DNA of 64,000 nucleotides, from contig CM120642.1 of the NCBI GenBank assembly GCA_051362555.1, positions 28,706,001 through 28,770,000 of the forward strand. The letters run 5' to 3'. The translations under genes were made by a program, and so were the position numbers. The first letter of the stretch is position 1, and each line of letters opens with the position of its first letter. Source of the DNA: Lingula anatina (Eukaryota; Animalia; Brachiopoda). Positions 25,141 through 38,819 of the stretch are shown one piece after another. The notes under the pieces are model-generated. The model made no database searches, was not told the DNA's origin, and saw nothing but the letters and a program-made list of their open reading frames with translations.

Positions 25141-27594
25141 CTGGAAAAGAAAAGGTACTTCCTAACCAATAATGAATATATTCTGTTTTTGCTAATATGC
25201 TAAATACTGCCAAAGAAGCTGAGATGTAAATTTCTCTGCACACTTTCAATATTGTTTCAACAAATTTGTCCACATTCTTAGAAAACCTAGCTTCATCATT
25301 ACCTTGTCTTGTAACAATGTTTTCAGTAATCCGTAGCTTCAGCTCAATTTATATGTTACTCTTACAGTCTATTCAGGGTGATAAAACTTACCTAAGAAGC
25401 TTACAACACAATCTATGACAGAAAACTATCTAAAACAGCCCAGATAAAGGAACAGAAAATTCTTCATTCTGTGCAAATAAAAAACCCTAAACAAGGTAAT
25501 AAAACATTTCTCCTGCATGTCTGCTTTACATCTGCTATAATTATGCAGTACCACATTCATACAAATGATTCAACAGAATCAACTACAATAAGACTTACTT
25601 GCAGAGTGAAGAATAAATTTCATGATAGAAACTACAGCCTGGTATCTTTGAGAACTCTGCGAAGGGTGTGATAGCTAATACACGTCCCACCTCATAGACC
25701 ATGGTGACAGCTTGCATTTCTCAATTATACACCAACAGGGCATACATGCTTAACTATCCTATGCCCTGACTGAGGATAACTAACATCTGCACCCATGTAG
25801 TATCCACAACGGTCCCTCCCAATGCATGCACCTGGCCCTGGACCATGATTACTTAATAAATATAAGAATAGTAAATAATGTCTCCCCAGCTGGCCAATTT
25901 TCCTGGCATAAAAATGTGATGACAAGATTCAAAGATGGAGATAGATCAAATTTAAGTGGCCGTGATTAACGTGGGGATTGACAGATGGCAGGGTGACATG
26001 AAAAGCTACAGGAATGCATTTCATAGATTGTGATGTCTACAACAGATATATCTAGCACCAATCTCTAGTACCAAAAGATATTTCAATGGGTGTCCATCAT
26101 GAAAGAGTGCCCTGATGAAATTCTGTGTTGTCCCGTCAGGTTCTCCCTTAAATTATGAAGGGAACATCGTAATTCCCAGTGCAACATGCACCTTAAGATT
26201 TTATGCAAATAATGAACCAAGTAGAGAAATCTTTCTAAAATGCGGTGTGCTTTAATATGTTGTGTGAACAAAATAACACATAATTACTTCAAAGCAGGCA
26301 CTTAATACCTGGTTGCTTTATACATTATCTGCAGACAGCAAATATATTGAAATAAGGACATTTCAATGCTGCCATACTTTCTTATTTCTAATGGAAAAGG
26401 TATTTATACATCCAAATGATTGTTCACTCATTTTAGTAAGACTCAACTATTGTGTCAGGTTGAGTCCCGATCAGTTTCTAAAATACGTAATACCAGAATT
26501 CTCTGGCTGATCCCGATGCAAGTTCAATTTGTCCAAGGTTCGGTGTCTACATATACGCAAGTGAACTCATAACGCTAATTGAATTCCCATGTACAGTTTT
26601 TAACTGTAACATGACATTTACTTCTAACAAATAGCATGCACTATAATTCATGTCTCACTTGAGCTCATTTGCTAACTTAACATCATGCTGGTTCTAGAGA
26701 ACAATCATGAAAGACTGAAGTTATGTAAAGTTTAACACTGATCCACACAATACCCAACATTTATATCCAATAGTTTTTTTTTAAATAATGCCCAAATAAT
26801 AAACAGTACATCATTTAAATAGTCAATCTGAAGATGGTCTGAACTCAAACAGCCCACGTCAATCGCAGACATGGACCTGGCCTTCAGAGTGACAACAACT
26901 AATATCAGTTTAAACATAAATCTTCAATTAAAGGTAGAACTGGATCATAAAATGTCCAAGTGCTTTGATGTGCCCCTTAACAGTCCCATCAACTGCCAAG
27001 CCATGACTTAACATGGTCATTAAATCCATCTGACCATCATACTAAGGATAATTTTAGTTTGACCACAATAGCTGGACACCCACATAAACTTAGCCATCTT
27101 GTTGGGGGGAGGGGGGGGGGGCTGTGGCAAAAGTTAAAAGGTTGAAGGTTCGAGAGTCCAAATTTTTGCATGAATAAAGTGTATAGTGAACTGGCAATAA
27201 AATTTAGTTCATCAGAGGTGTGTACATATGATTTTTCGAACCAAAGAGCCTTCAAACCAATGAACCTTTAGATTATCGCGATGCCCCTTCTTGTCAGTTG
27301 TTATCTAAAAACTACTCTTTCAAGGAGACTTTTGTGTAAAGTGCGTATGTGTAACATGTTAATTATTGTGTTTATGGTGCATCATGCATAATCTGTTTTT
27401 TATTATCCAATTAAGGAAAAGAATTCTGCACTGTGCATCTTAGTCTACAATGATCAAGTTGAATTGTTTTTTCTTACTTGATCTCTAGTTATAGCATTCA
27501 ATAGTTTTCACATAGAACAGCTACTCCCCGTGTTTTCCCATAGCATACTTTATCAGGACAGGTAATATTATATTATTAACACTAGAACACTCAC

Positions 27595-27678
27595 CTGTCC
27601 CGGCTCTGTCTCATTGCGGTTTATATCCACACACGTTGCATTGTTTTCACACGGCTCAGAAGCACAGGTGTCGCTGAT
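27595..27678 (-). CDS. crb: crumbs exon: N-terminal half of an EGF
   Basis: tttcag acceptor; ISDTCASEPCENNATCVDINRNETEPGQ; gtgagt donor; phases 0/0. Confidence 0.9.
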
Positions 27679-27747
27679 CTGAAACAGACAGAACAACATA
27701 CAATCATTTGAAAACATTTCAAACCATTCGATACAGTATTATATTAA

Positions 27748-27916
27748 AGGGGCCAATTTAAGCTGTCTTCTGGGTCTTCCAAAAGATGGTCAGATTTTCA
27801 GGTTTACATTGACGGGTATCTAATTTTCACTGTCGGAAGATGGTCAAAAATGGAATATGCATCAACAAAGATCATTTGAAACACTGTCAGAAAATATCTC
27901 TGGATCCGTCTCCCTG
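27748..27916. mobile_element. MITE family C, copy 1 (hAT-like ends)
   Basis: TCTTCTGGGTCTTC..AAGATGGTCA..CTGTCAGAAAATATCTCTGGATC shared with 58642 and, inverted, with 39291. Confidence 0.75.
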
Positions 27917-28803
27917 TATTATGCTGAAACCAACCAACTTGTAGTTATTAATCTGTGAGAATGTTCTGAAATCATCCCTTGCTGCACACAGAGGCAGGCT
28001 TGGATTGTGACATCCAGCACATCCAGTCTCAACTACCGCAATTACATCATTCACGCCTCAACTATTGCAAACCTGTTGCGTCTAACTGGTATCACATGCT
28101 GGTTTTTTTCCTTTATCATTTAAGCAAATAAGCACAATTCTTTATCAACGAGGCATTTTAATAATGATAATAAGGGATGTTTACAGAAGAGTTTGATAAA
28201 TAATTTCCTAACAAATTTGGATTTAAATATTTTATGGTGGTGTAGAGGTTTAAAAAATGAAATAGGTTAAAAATAAGTGCTCATTTAGGAATTAACGGCA
28301 ATTTCATGCTCTTTTTTTGTATTTTTATATTTATTTTCTTTTGACAGGCCTTGCAAACATGTGACTGTACCAAAGTGGCCCAATTTGATAAGATTATTGT
28401 GTATGAGACATATGTACAGTCCTTGCTAGCAAAAAGAGAATTCTGCTCAACACAAAAAGAACATATTTAAATTAGTTAAAGGGATAACATCTATTTGCTT
28501 TGGCCAAATGGTTGAATTCATTCCTACATTTAAAGTTAGTTCATGTTTTTTTCCTAAACATTTTTTTTGTAATAATCTTTTAAAAGATTATTATGGAGGT
28601 ATAGCCATCTATGAAGATAGCCATCTATGATGGCAAGCACAGATTCCAGAATAATTGCGATAACCACTGTTTTGGCAGTAAAATGCAATTTATCATATTT
28701 CTAAGAGCTGTTTGCAATGTATTTCTCATGAAATATGAATCTCATACTAAGAGTTGTTCCCATTTAAGAAAGTCACACACAAATAAAATAACAGAATACT
28801 TAC

Positions 28804-28930
28804 ATGTGTTTCACATACTGGTCCAGTGAAATTAGCAGTACAGTTGCACTCAAAAGCGTTCACTTTATCAATACAAGTGGCGTTATTCTGGCAGGGACTA
28901 GAGGCACACTCGTCAATATCTGTCTGACAC
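28804..28930 (-). CDS. crb: crumbs exon: calcium-binding EGF
   Basis: (R)[42 protein letters not shown], gtaagt donor; phases 2/0. Confidence 0.93.
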
Positions 28931-30653
28931 CTGTAATATAACGAAAGACTTTTTAAAATATAATATAACACCTTATTGGGAAGATTGCTTACTATCTATC
29001 ACTTACCTTTCTGTTCAGTATTTTCTGGCTTTTGACATTGTTTTCAATCAGAAATAAAAGTTTAAGGGGATGTGGCATGTGTCCTTGAATGTGTGTGCTG
29101 GGGGTGGGGGTGGGAGAGAGGTTGAGACTTTGAATAAAATATATATAAGAATATATATATATATCAAAGATAAGAGCAATTTACATTGTTTCAAAACTTC
29201 AAAAATTAGCAGTAAAAACATATTGGTTGCCCTAATCTCTTCTGATAAAATATATCAGATAAATCTGGGGTAAATCAGGACCAAGATCTAAATGTAATTT
29301 CCTAAAAGGCTCATATCAGTTTTATGCACAGATTTCATATCAATACCACAACTTCAAACTGAACTGCAGCCAAGTTGAAATCATATCAGACAAATGTCAT
29401 TTTAGGTTGCTGACTTTATATTATAATATAATATAATTGCATTTAGTTGTTAAATTAAATGCAGTGCTTCATACAGAGACTTGCTTGATCAATTTTAATA
29501 CATATATAACAGATACGCAATTAAGATAATTTTATAACTTCAGAATTAAACAGTATATTAAACAATGTGAAAGCAATGTGCAAATGGACCTCTTGCCCCT
29601 CCCCCCCCCCCCAAACCTGGGCTTCTGACACCATGATTACCCATATTAACCAGAAGGCAATCTCCCCATTACATCTAGTTCTTAACACCAGCCACAGGTA
29701 ATCATCCCAATAGTATTGACCTAAGAGTTAATAACAGGTGCTCCCTTTGATTTCAACCCACTGCTCTATTCAGTGGGGTTAAAAAGAAAAGAATAACAAA
29801 GTCCTGATATTGTAGACTACATAATTATTAATGGGTGAATTGCTCCCCACAGAGTTTATATATAGTCTGTGGACAATAAAAACACTAATGAACTTTCACA
29901 TTCAGAACACCCAAATAATAAGCTATTGGGATATAAATCTTAATGAAATGTCCTTCGCTTCAACTGAGCATTATCAAATGGAAAGCCTTTAAACTGGATC
30001 TTTTGTCAGCCTTCATTTTAATTTCAAACCTTTCTCACCATTAAAAAACATGAAGGTGAAATTAAATTGTCATTTAATACCATAGGGTTTAAAATAGCCC
30101 TTGTGATAGTCTGGGTGTTTTTATGCACTGGGAAGATATATGCATGATAAAGAATATTTATGTTTCATAAATAATTTCTAGTCTGGTTACTCACTGAAAA
30201 AAAAAAAAGTCAACTGGAGTCACTTGTGTGTTGTGAGAAATACTGTAATGAAAATGTTGTTTGTGAATAATATAGATTAAAAATTGGGGCTGGAATTGAC
30301 CTTGTGTGTGTGCGTGTGTGGGAGGGGGGTTGTTGTTTGTAACTCACATCCTAAATTTTCTAAGTTTACAGGAGATGAAAAAGGAGATCATTTTAACTAC
30401 TTCGAATTTCAGTGAGCATCAGAAAATCAGGAAAACATGTTTTATTAGCTACATTTTTAGACACCATTTCTGTCTTTTAAGTGAAATAAAAAAAAATCAA
30501 GTTTATAGAATTAATATATGCAGAGCTGTCTGACCATAAGTAGAAACATTCCACACATACTTTTGGGGTATTTTACATACATGTACAGAAATGCCAATTT
30601 ACAAAAACATAAAACCACCCAACCTAGATTTTAAAATGGCAAAGCATGCTTAC

Positions 30654-30709
30654 CTGGCCTGAGGAATGAAAGCTAATAAACATGCAAATACAATGCACCA
30701 AGTCAGCAT
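30654..30709 (-). CDS. crb: Putative alternative first coding exon (signal peptide) of a short crumbs isoform
   Basis: ATG at 30709; MLTWCIVFACLLAFIPQA then AG|gtaagc; phase-2 donor matches the 28930 acceptor. In-frame ATGs further upstream at 30844, 30850 and 30871. Confidence 0.7.
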
Positions 30710-33532
30710 CCCTCTCACTGAAGAATCCCAGCGTGAAATTATACTTAATTTGCGATTCACTGATTCTGAACACGTCCTTGTTTTGGGAAAGTTGAGTTTT
30801 AGGAGCACTGACCCTTTTGGATCAGTTCTCGTTTTGGTCCTCATTGTCATGCTACAATATATTTTCTCCATAAATGTCGTTTTAATCACGGTCCCAGTTG
30901 GAATGGACAAATTCTGCTTTCACTTCCAATGTACCTTGACTTGTCGTTATATTCTAAGTAGAAATCGACACAGATTTTCTTTCTCTCCTAATACAGAGAA
31001 TTAATCTAAGTTTTTGTTCCAATCAATGCCAATGAATCAATCCCATTTCATGGGACTTATATAGAACATTGGTCACTTCTTTCATGCAGGCTTGCAAAAT
31101 CCGACCTCCTACAGCTTCCAGTGTATAACTTGCCAGCCAGCAAGTTCCTTGTTTATCAAATTGTTCTTTTTCAATGAATTATTCAACAAACACACAACAA
31201 AGGCAGGTCAAGTATCTTCAAGTAACAACATGTTAATTCCTATCTAGAGTAACCCATATCTGTGATGCACTGCACTTCTCAAGTAATCAGGCCTTGTAAA
31301 GAAAATGTTTTTAAAAATCTGAGGATGTTGAACAGATTCTGTATCAGGTAAAATCAGTGCAGTGACGTCGGGTTTATTAAAAATAAGAGTTTTTGTCACA
31401 TTATCCTCCAATTAGACCACAAATAGTCTTGTAATATCAATTACTGAGAATTGCACCACATCCAGGTAATATGGTAATCAGTTTCCCAGGAGGCAGTTTC
31501 TTTCGTAACCGTTAATTTCCTTTATGTCAAACCACTAATATTGAGCCAGTGAAATGGATGCCCTTTTCTCAAATCCAATTTCTACTGTTTTCCCTTCTGA
31601 TTGCTTATAGTTCACTATTTATTAAGTAAGATGTAAAGTCACACTCCAGTGTAATCAAGATGTGGTAAAATTCCAGTGAACACTGTAGCAAAACTGCTCT
31701 ATCTCTAAACATTTATGTTAATATTTGGAGTGTGGTTGACATCTGTCCTGACACAAAAGGTCTCACACTACTAATATGAAGCATGGGAGTGCATGGTGAT
31801 CACAACATCACAGCATCATTCCTTTCCTGTCGCTTTTACGATCAACTTCCAACTTCTGGTAAGATCAGAGATTGTAATGTCAAAACATTCCTGTTATTCT
31901 ACGTCAGCCATTTTTCCAGCATTAAAATCACATCCTCCTCACTTCACCTCAACCTGAAAAAATTCATCAAATCAACCAGGAAGTCGCAGTTTTCATGGTA
32001 ACTGTTGCTTGTTTGATCCAGCAACTATATCAACAGCAAACTACTGTTCTTTGATCGGTGGAGTAACAAAATGTCTTCTTTCCCAACGTGTCCTGCCTTC
32101 TCTCAACCTCTGCTAATAGCCTGCTGAGTGGCACAAATACAGGTGATTCTAATGATAATTACACCTAGGTCCTACAGCATGCACGCCGCATGATTCATCT
32201 CTGATGACAAGCGGGTCCTTCCCTCAAGCTGAGAGAAGCCAGGCTGTGGTTACTCACTAAACTGACTGCTGAAACTGGCCATGCATTAAATAAGTATGGT
32301 CTCCTCCTGTGCCAAACGACACATATACCCTTCTAACAGCACTGCAATATAGCCATCCATACATATAGGTGGAGAGAATGGGTGAGACAAAAGACTTCAA
32401 AACCAGTCATGGTCCACTCGTAATATTCTCGCCTGTGACTACAGGTGGTCATTACTGGTCAAGCTTGACCTCATCTACCTATACAGGGCACTTGCTGAAC
32501 TGTCCTAGGGCACCTGTCGTACTGGCTTCCTATACCTAGAGGGCGCCAGGTGATGAAGTTATCATAACTAATTAGCGGAAGTCTCACTTTATCTACTACC
32601 TGGTGTCAAAGTCTGAGAATTATCATGAATGGCAATCAAAAAACAACATATCTTAAAGTACTTTGAGAAGACCCAAAGGCCAGTTTCTATTAATGGCAGT
32701 GAACAAATTTCCCAAGTAACACATTAAGCCAAAAGAGCGAGAGAAAAGGTGAGGATACAAAGAAAACAACAGGTCTGCCCTTGAAATACACTGTTTACTC
32801 TTGTGGTTTTCATATAGATCTGTGTTAAAGAGGGGTGGAGGGTGGGACTTACTATTGCCACCTTGCATTAGGGATGTAAAATCAAAGCCTGCCAGCAGTA
32901 AAATGACAAAAGGGATGGGGGAGGGATTATGTTGACATAAATACCTTAAGTTTCCAATTCATTTCTCACTATACCTCAGATCTAGATCAAAATTACTGCC
33001 CCTGACCACATCAGACTTTTGAAGTTTTCCTAATTAAACATCAAATCCAAAATGAAAACCACTTATTTTTTTAAAAAATAATTGCCGGTCTGAAAGTTCT
33101 TACAATAATAACAAAGTTTATCCAACCACTGAATATTATAAAACACAACAAAATTATTGAAAAAAATTTTTTACCAAGACAACTCTTTTTGCCTACAGGG
33201 TCCCTGAAGACCCCCCCCTCCCCCCCCTTGGACTAATGCATCAGACTGGGCATCTGATAAAGGTTTAAACCCTGCCAGAACAGTACTGAAAATTCACAGC
33301 AGAATGTCATCTGGCAAACAACAATAAAATAATAATGAGGTGATCTCATTCATTCACATCTTATTACATCTTCCCTATCATGTTACTTCACCTTATCACT
33401 AATACAAAAACACCTGCTTCTACAGCATGACAGAATATAATATATAGTCACTCCTCAATGAACTGTGGTGATCAAAATACAGCGAAATCCATAGTTAATA
33501 TAACTGAGCTCTTTCAAACTCTGTCTATTTTG

Positions 33533-33710
33533 ACTGTTACAGGCATACACTAGTCTAGAACTCTACTGTTACAGGCATACACTAGTCTAGAACTCTACTG
33601 TTACAGGCATACACTAGTCTAGAACTCTACTGTTACAGGCATACACTAGTCTAGAACTCTACTGTTACAGGCATACACTAGTCTAGAACTCTACTGTTAC
33701 AGGCACACAC
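33533..33710. repeat. 32-bp minisatellite, 5 copies plus partial
   Basis: ACTGTTACAGGCATACACTAGTCTAGAACTCT perfect repeats. Confidence 0.95.
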
Positions 33711-36700
33711 CGTTTCCTATACTGTTTATGCAGTTCACCTTGTCTAAGAGGACTCCCTCCAGATATGTAAGCTTTTTATTGATATCATATTGACATTGTG
33801 CATTCTGCCACACTCCCATAAAGTGAACTTCCGTAAATGCTTTTTCAACCAGAGAAAACCCACATCATATAACACTATGGCTACTTCTACACAACCCCGA
33901 GGATCAGAACGTCATCAGTTCTACTGTTGCTTTTCTTGATATGTCTTTAGAATCTCTCTCCATATCTGCTAAAAGGGAACCACATACTCATAGCAAAACA
34001 TGTCAATTAAGTCTAGTGCAAAAATCTGGCCACCTTTGTTAATCAATTGACTTTAGCAATGGAGTCACGCAGGATTAGGATCGCCAAATCAGATATTGTT
34101 GTTTCAGCACAAAACATCAATAATATATTGATTAAAAAAACTGTTCAATAAAAGATACAAAGTAGCCTCGCTGATGTTTATCTTTTCAATCAATGCAATA
34201 TTGACTTTATTTGTGCACTTAATGGCCCATGCATTTGAAATGATACTACCATTCTAATTTGAAAAAAAAAAATACACTAAAATATCATTTTTTTGATTAC
34301 TTGAAGATGCTATATTAAGCCAGTGATAAATCCATAGGCATTGGTGGTCCTCCCATAAATAGATAAATTAGAACAAAGGCCAATAAACCTATCACTTCAA
34401 GATAAAAAACTCAAAGCTAAAACAAAAGTATTAATCAACTGATCACAGCAAAATATCAGATCACATAAACTTTTTCACACAAGTACTGACAAGTAAAATA
34501 TTCTAAAACTGCTGAACTTGGGGGGACACAACTTCAAATAACTGACTCTAGCCAATATAGTAAACCCAAGAACACTAGTACACAACAAACACTGTCTGAA
34601 CATGAAGTTTCCGCTCATTTCCACGTTTAAGTACCTTCATATGAAAGACGTAAAGACATGATGACAGGTTATTTCAGGTACAAAGACAAGTAATTAGGTC
34701 TCAATGTTCCTGAAGCTGATATTTTGACACATTAGACAAGGTGACACTGACATTATCATCAGCTAGGTTTTACACTGCCTGCTGCAGTGCAGCTGTATTC
34801 CTCAGAGCTAATAACAAGAAAGCATTGAAAACTTTGCTGAAAGCCGTGTCCGACAACCATTTCACTCCGACATAAGGACCTAGATTATCTATTCTGTGTC
34901 AATATTAAATGATTTATCTCGACCCATACTTTTTTACTGATAAAATCTACCTGGTTTATGCAAACTTAAGCTGAACACTTCTAGACACATCACAGATAAA
35001 AGGCTCTTTTGTACCATTCAAGCCACAACAATAATTCAATAAGAGTCAAATTCTATCTTCATTATTTTCGTAAATACGTGTATCACCTCTGGCTAGTTTA
35101 GCAGACTAAATCTTTCCCTACTCACTGAACTCCAAGTAAAGAGAAACTGCTCACCACACAAAGAAATAAGAGTGAGGACAGCATTTTAACTCGATTTTTG
35201 CTCCATATTCAGCATAACTCCCAACTCGAGCAACTCATCTAATCAGCAAAACAGTAATTCCTATAATTGGTGGCAAAAAATCTGATGTGAACTTCTTCTT
35301 TGCCATATTTTTGGCACAAGAGTTTTCTCCCATGAAATACTCAAGTTTTTTTACACCAGAATGCACAAAGAGAACAAACATATATTCACCCTGCTACCAC
35401 CATTTTATTCACCTCAAATGAAAGTCTCCAACAGATAATCCTTTAGAGTCCCAGCACAAAACAAACCACTGACAATACCTATGCCCTGCTGGTGCCTTGT
35501 TCACCCCTAAAACCTAAGCAAAAGTTTCCAACTGGCAACAAAACTTGGTGAACTTTCCCTGACTTCACCGCACACCTCTCTTCACCTCCGACTTAGCAAT
35601 ATCTTCTTAAAGCACTTGAAGGTTATTAAAGTTCACAAGTTTGTTTCCAATTTATTGCCTTCTGTGTGTGTGTCCTGTTGGAATGGAACTCCAGCATCCT
35701 CTTCACGAGATACAATCAGACTGGAGAAAATAGCTTCCACTTTGAAAACATTTTTTTAAATAAGTCACAGCAAGTTATTTAGAAAACAATGTCCACATCT
35801 CCTGTTCTAGATATAATATCACTTCCATTCCCATAAACTGCCTGGCGTGACTTCCTACAAAGAACACACTGGACACTTTATCACTGTGCTTAGATCTACT
35901 TCCTGTGACTGATATATAATATGCTTCCACATGACGAATGTCCTCCAATAAATTGTCCACTAATGATGATGGTGATTCTTAAATCCATCATTTTTCTTCT
36001 GCTATGTAGCAGTGACAATTCACTTACTAGTTCCCAATGTCACTGCTTTGATGGCTCTGTCCCACGAGCTTGTTAACTGCAGGTGACGGTTATATTCCTC
36101 TCCAGGTGAAGTCTTCATAATGACCCTGTCATAAATCCTGGATCCCGACCCCTAGCCCAAACAGGGATTATTCATGTATTTTCCTGTGGTTGGAATTCAG
36201 CCCTGGGGCCCGTGATAGTCTGCTCAGTCTTTGAACAGGTGGTCGTGCATAGAAATCCATGTTACATGAAAGCATTTGTAAATGTACTACACCTGAGCAT
36301 GTATAATCAATGAGGTGCTCTGTGCATGGTAATTAGGCACTACAAAAAGCTATAAAGGTGCCTTGGTACAAAATTATTGGGGGGAAAATTAATTAGGTAG
36401 GGTGGGAGAAATTGAACGGTGGGATTCTGATATCTTCTGATTTGAATCATGCTCTGTGTTTGTTGGATAAAAAATATCAGATAGAAATGTGCTTCATTCA
36501 TCAAAATCTTTCATGAGTTCCTGTTAATCTTTTCATCTATCTGTATAAATTTTTTTGACCTGCTTCTCCCCCAGTTGAATTTTTTGTTCACTTTCATGTT
36601 CATGTCAAGTAGCTGTGTGTTTTTTAAGGTAGGGAGAGTCATTAAATACAGTAATATCAAGTTAATATTTATACATGACAATGTATGAACTATGGCTTTT

Positions 36701-37369
36701 AATCAACCAACAAGGGAAAGGAGTTTTTTGTTTTTGTTTGATGGTCTATGTCATATTTTCACATTGTTCGGTTAATAATTTAATAACATTTGTATTGAGT
36801 GTATAAACATCCCAGGAGCAAATATAAGGATCATAGTTAAAAGAACACTTCATAAAAGTGAACAATAGTTTGTGGATTCATGTGAATAAATCTCTTTAGT
36901 ACCTTTATGCTAATGAAAAATTGATTTGACTGCAACATCTGGAAAGACTGCCACAGTAACTAACCTAGTGCTAGGTATTATTACTATTACATTCCTTTAG
37001 TTTCAGGTATATTCTGTTGAAAGAAGCATGACAAACAACAGACGTAAATCTTTGCATTTTGAGAACCATGATAATGTATACAGTACTGCAGGTGGCTACG
37101 ATAAAAATCAATTTTCTCTAAGCTAAGACGAGTGAGACAATGTTAAAATTCATATTCAGACTTCAATGCCTTTAAATGGACAATCAGTATGACTACAGTG
37201 ACATGATGTCCTCACTATGAGGTGTTAATTTGGTAACTGGTCACTTTGTGGTCAAGTTGTCATGGCAACCATCTAGTAACAGATACTGTGAATCATTTAA
37301 TAGATTTTTACAGTTGTGTATATATCAGCTAAACTGCATGTCTAATGATCTTCATGCACTTAGGAAAAG

Positions 37370-37558
37370 GGCTTGATCAGAACAAAACTGATCCAGAGAT
37401 CACATATGGCAAGCACTTGACAATGAATTCCCCGCCTCCCACGCATGCTGTCCCTGCAGGGGCAGAGCAATTACATCTTGACATGCTTTTAAGTGAGTTG
37501 TACCATATTTGATTCAGGGCTTAGTTAGTCCGTTGATCAAGTTGGTTCTGAACAGGCC
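37370..37558. mobile_element. MITE family D, degenerate copy 2
   Basis: GGCTTGATCAGAAC..ATATGGC / CCATATTTGA..GTTAGTCC..GTTCTGAACAGGCC. Confidence 0.6.
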
Positions 37559-37577
37559 TTAAGACTGCAGCACTCAC

Positions 37578-38400
37578 CTGGCATCAGTATACCCAGCCTG
37601 ACAGGTACAGGTGTAGTTAGCAATGCCATCCACACAGGTAGCTCCATTCTGGCACTCGTTACCTGGGCAATCATCGATGTTGTTCTCACATAGCCTTCCA
37701 TTGAAACCCAGGGGACACTGACAGGTGAAGTCGTTGAAGATGTCTACGCAGGTGGCTCCGTTCTTACACGGGCTAGGAGCACAGACGGGGTCTGGGGTGC
37801 AGGGGGTGACTATGCTGGCCTTGGTCATTACCTGGAACTTCTCCAAGCTGCTGTCATTAACCAGTGCGGAGTTGAAGAAGAACGGGAGCAGGTAGCGCCC
37901 AAGTCGGACCTCATCCATGCACCCTTTGAATTTGCTCAACGCAGACTGTGTGTTTGTATTTGGTGATATGGCGACAGTGGTGTCGTCAATGCCACCCAGG
38001 AATACCATGTCACTGCCTCTGATCACCTGAGCCAGAGTGACCGCTTGGACGGGCTGGGGCTTGGACTTGGACTTCTCGTCCTGACCCTGGTCCATAGCGA
38101 GAGTCAGGTGGGTGTCATTGACCACTATGGACACGTTGTGGTACTGACCATCAGTGACCGCCCAGTTTGTCGGCAGCTCAGAACTTTCACCGAGGTTGTA
38201 CTTCAGATTCAGTTTACGTTCGGAGACTTCGATGGTGAGGAACCTTGACGCAGCTGCATTGCTACGAGCATGGAAGATGATAGCATTCTCTTTTCTTGTG
38301 CGGAATTTGAGGCTCATTTGGTTAAAGGTGGTGGTCGAGTTGATGGTGTTGTTGTAGCGGAGGAGACTGTCCATTCCATTGAATGTGGCCTCTGTTATAC
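37578..38400 (-). CDS. crb: crumbs exon: laminin-G 3 and two EGF
   Basis: (C)ITEATFNG...LKFRTRKENAIIF...VTDGQYHNV...FLGG...FKGCMDEVR...CQAGYTDA, AG|gtgagt donor; phases 1/2. Confidence 0.95.
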
Positions 38401-38706
38401 CTGAAAATATAAATATACATTGTGTAACACAGGGATATTATACATCATAAGTAATCTGTCATACAGGATAAAGAGTAACTCAAACAAATGTCACTTAATC
38501 AATTACATTTAGCTTATGAAAATTATGGTTTTACAATATACAGAAAAAATGCAGGTAAATCCTGAAAATCAGCAGCTTAGGCACATTTCTCAGAACCCTT
38601 TTCAAAAAGATGGATGGATTTGTCACTTTAACCTTCGTTCCAAACACATTCAGTGTACAACCTGTCAGACGTAACACAATGCCTCCCACCATCTCCCTAT
38701 ACTTAC

Positions 38707-38819
38707 ATTCATAACCATCAGCCAGGTCCCTGCAGGTAGAGTCTTCTGGGCACTTGGAATACATGCAGAAATCCAAGGCACTGCAGTTCTTACCCTTGTA
38801 ACCCTTGGGGCAGTCACAG
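38707..38819 (-). CDS. crb: crumbs exon: EGF
   Basis: ctaaag acceptor; CDCPKGYKGKNCSALDFCMYSKCPEDSTCRDLADGYE; T|gtaagt donor; phases 2/1. Confidence 0.9.

Noticed and set aside
25599-25623. MKFILHSA followed by an A|GTAAGT donor
   Set aside because: Too short for a signal peptide, and its phase-1 donor does not match the phase-0 acceptor at 25140
29007-29038. Strong AAG|GTAAGT donor with a nearby ATG
   Set aside because: The frame MSKARKY hits TGA before the donor, so no productive exon
32258-32364. ATG-initiated frame MYGWLYCSAVRR... ending at a TA|GTGAGT phase-2 donor
   Set aside because: Splicing to 28930 creates a TAG stop at the junction, and there is no signal peptide
17383-33710. 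32-39-bp direct repeats resembling CRISPR arrays
   Set aside because: Head-to-tail units with no unique spacers, no cas genes, and a eukaryotic context
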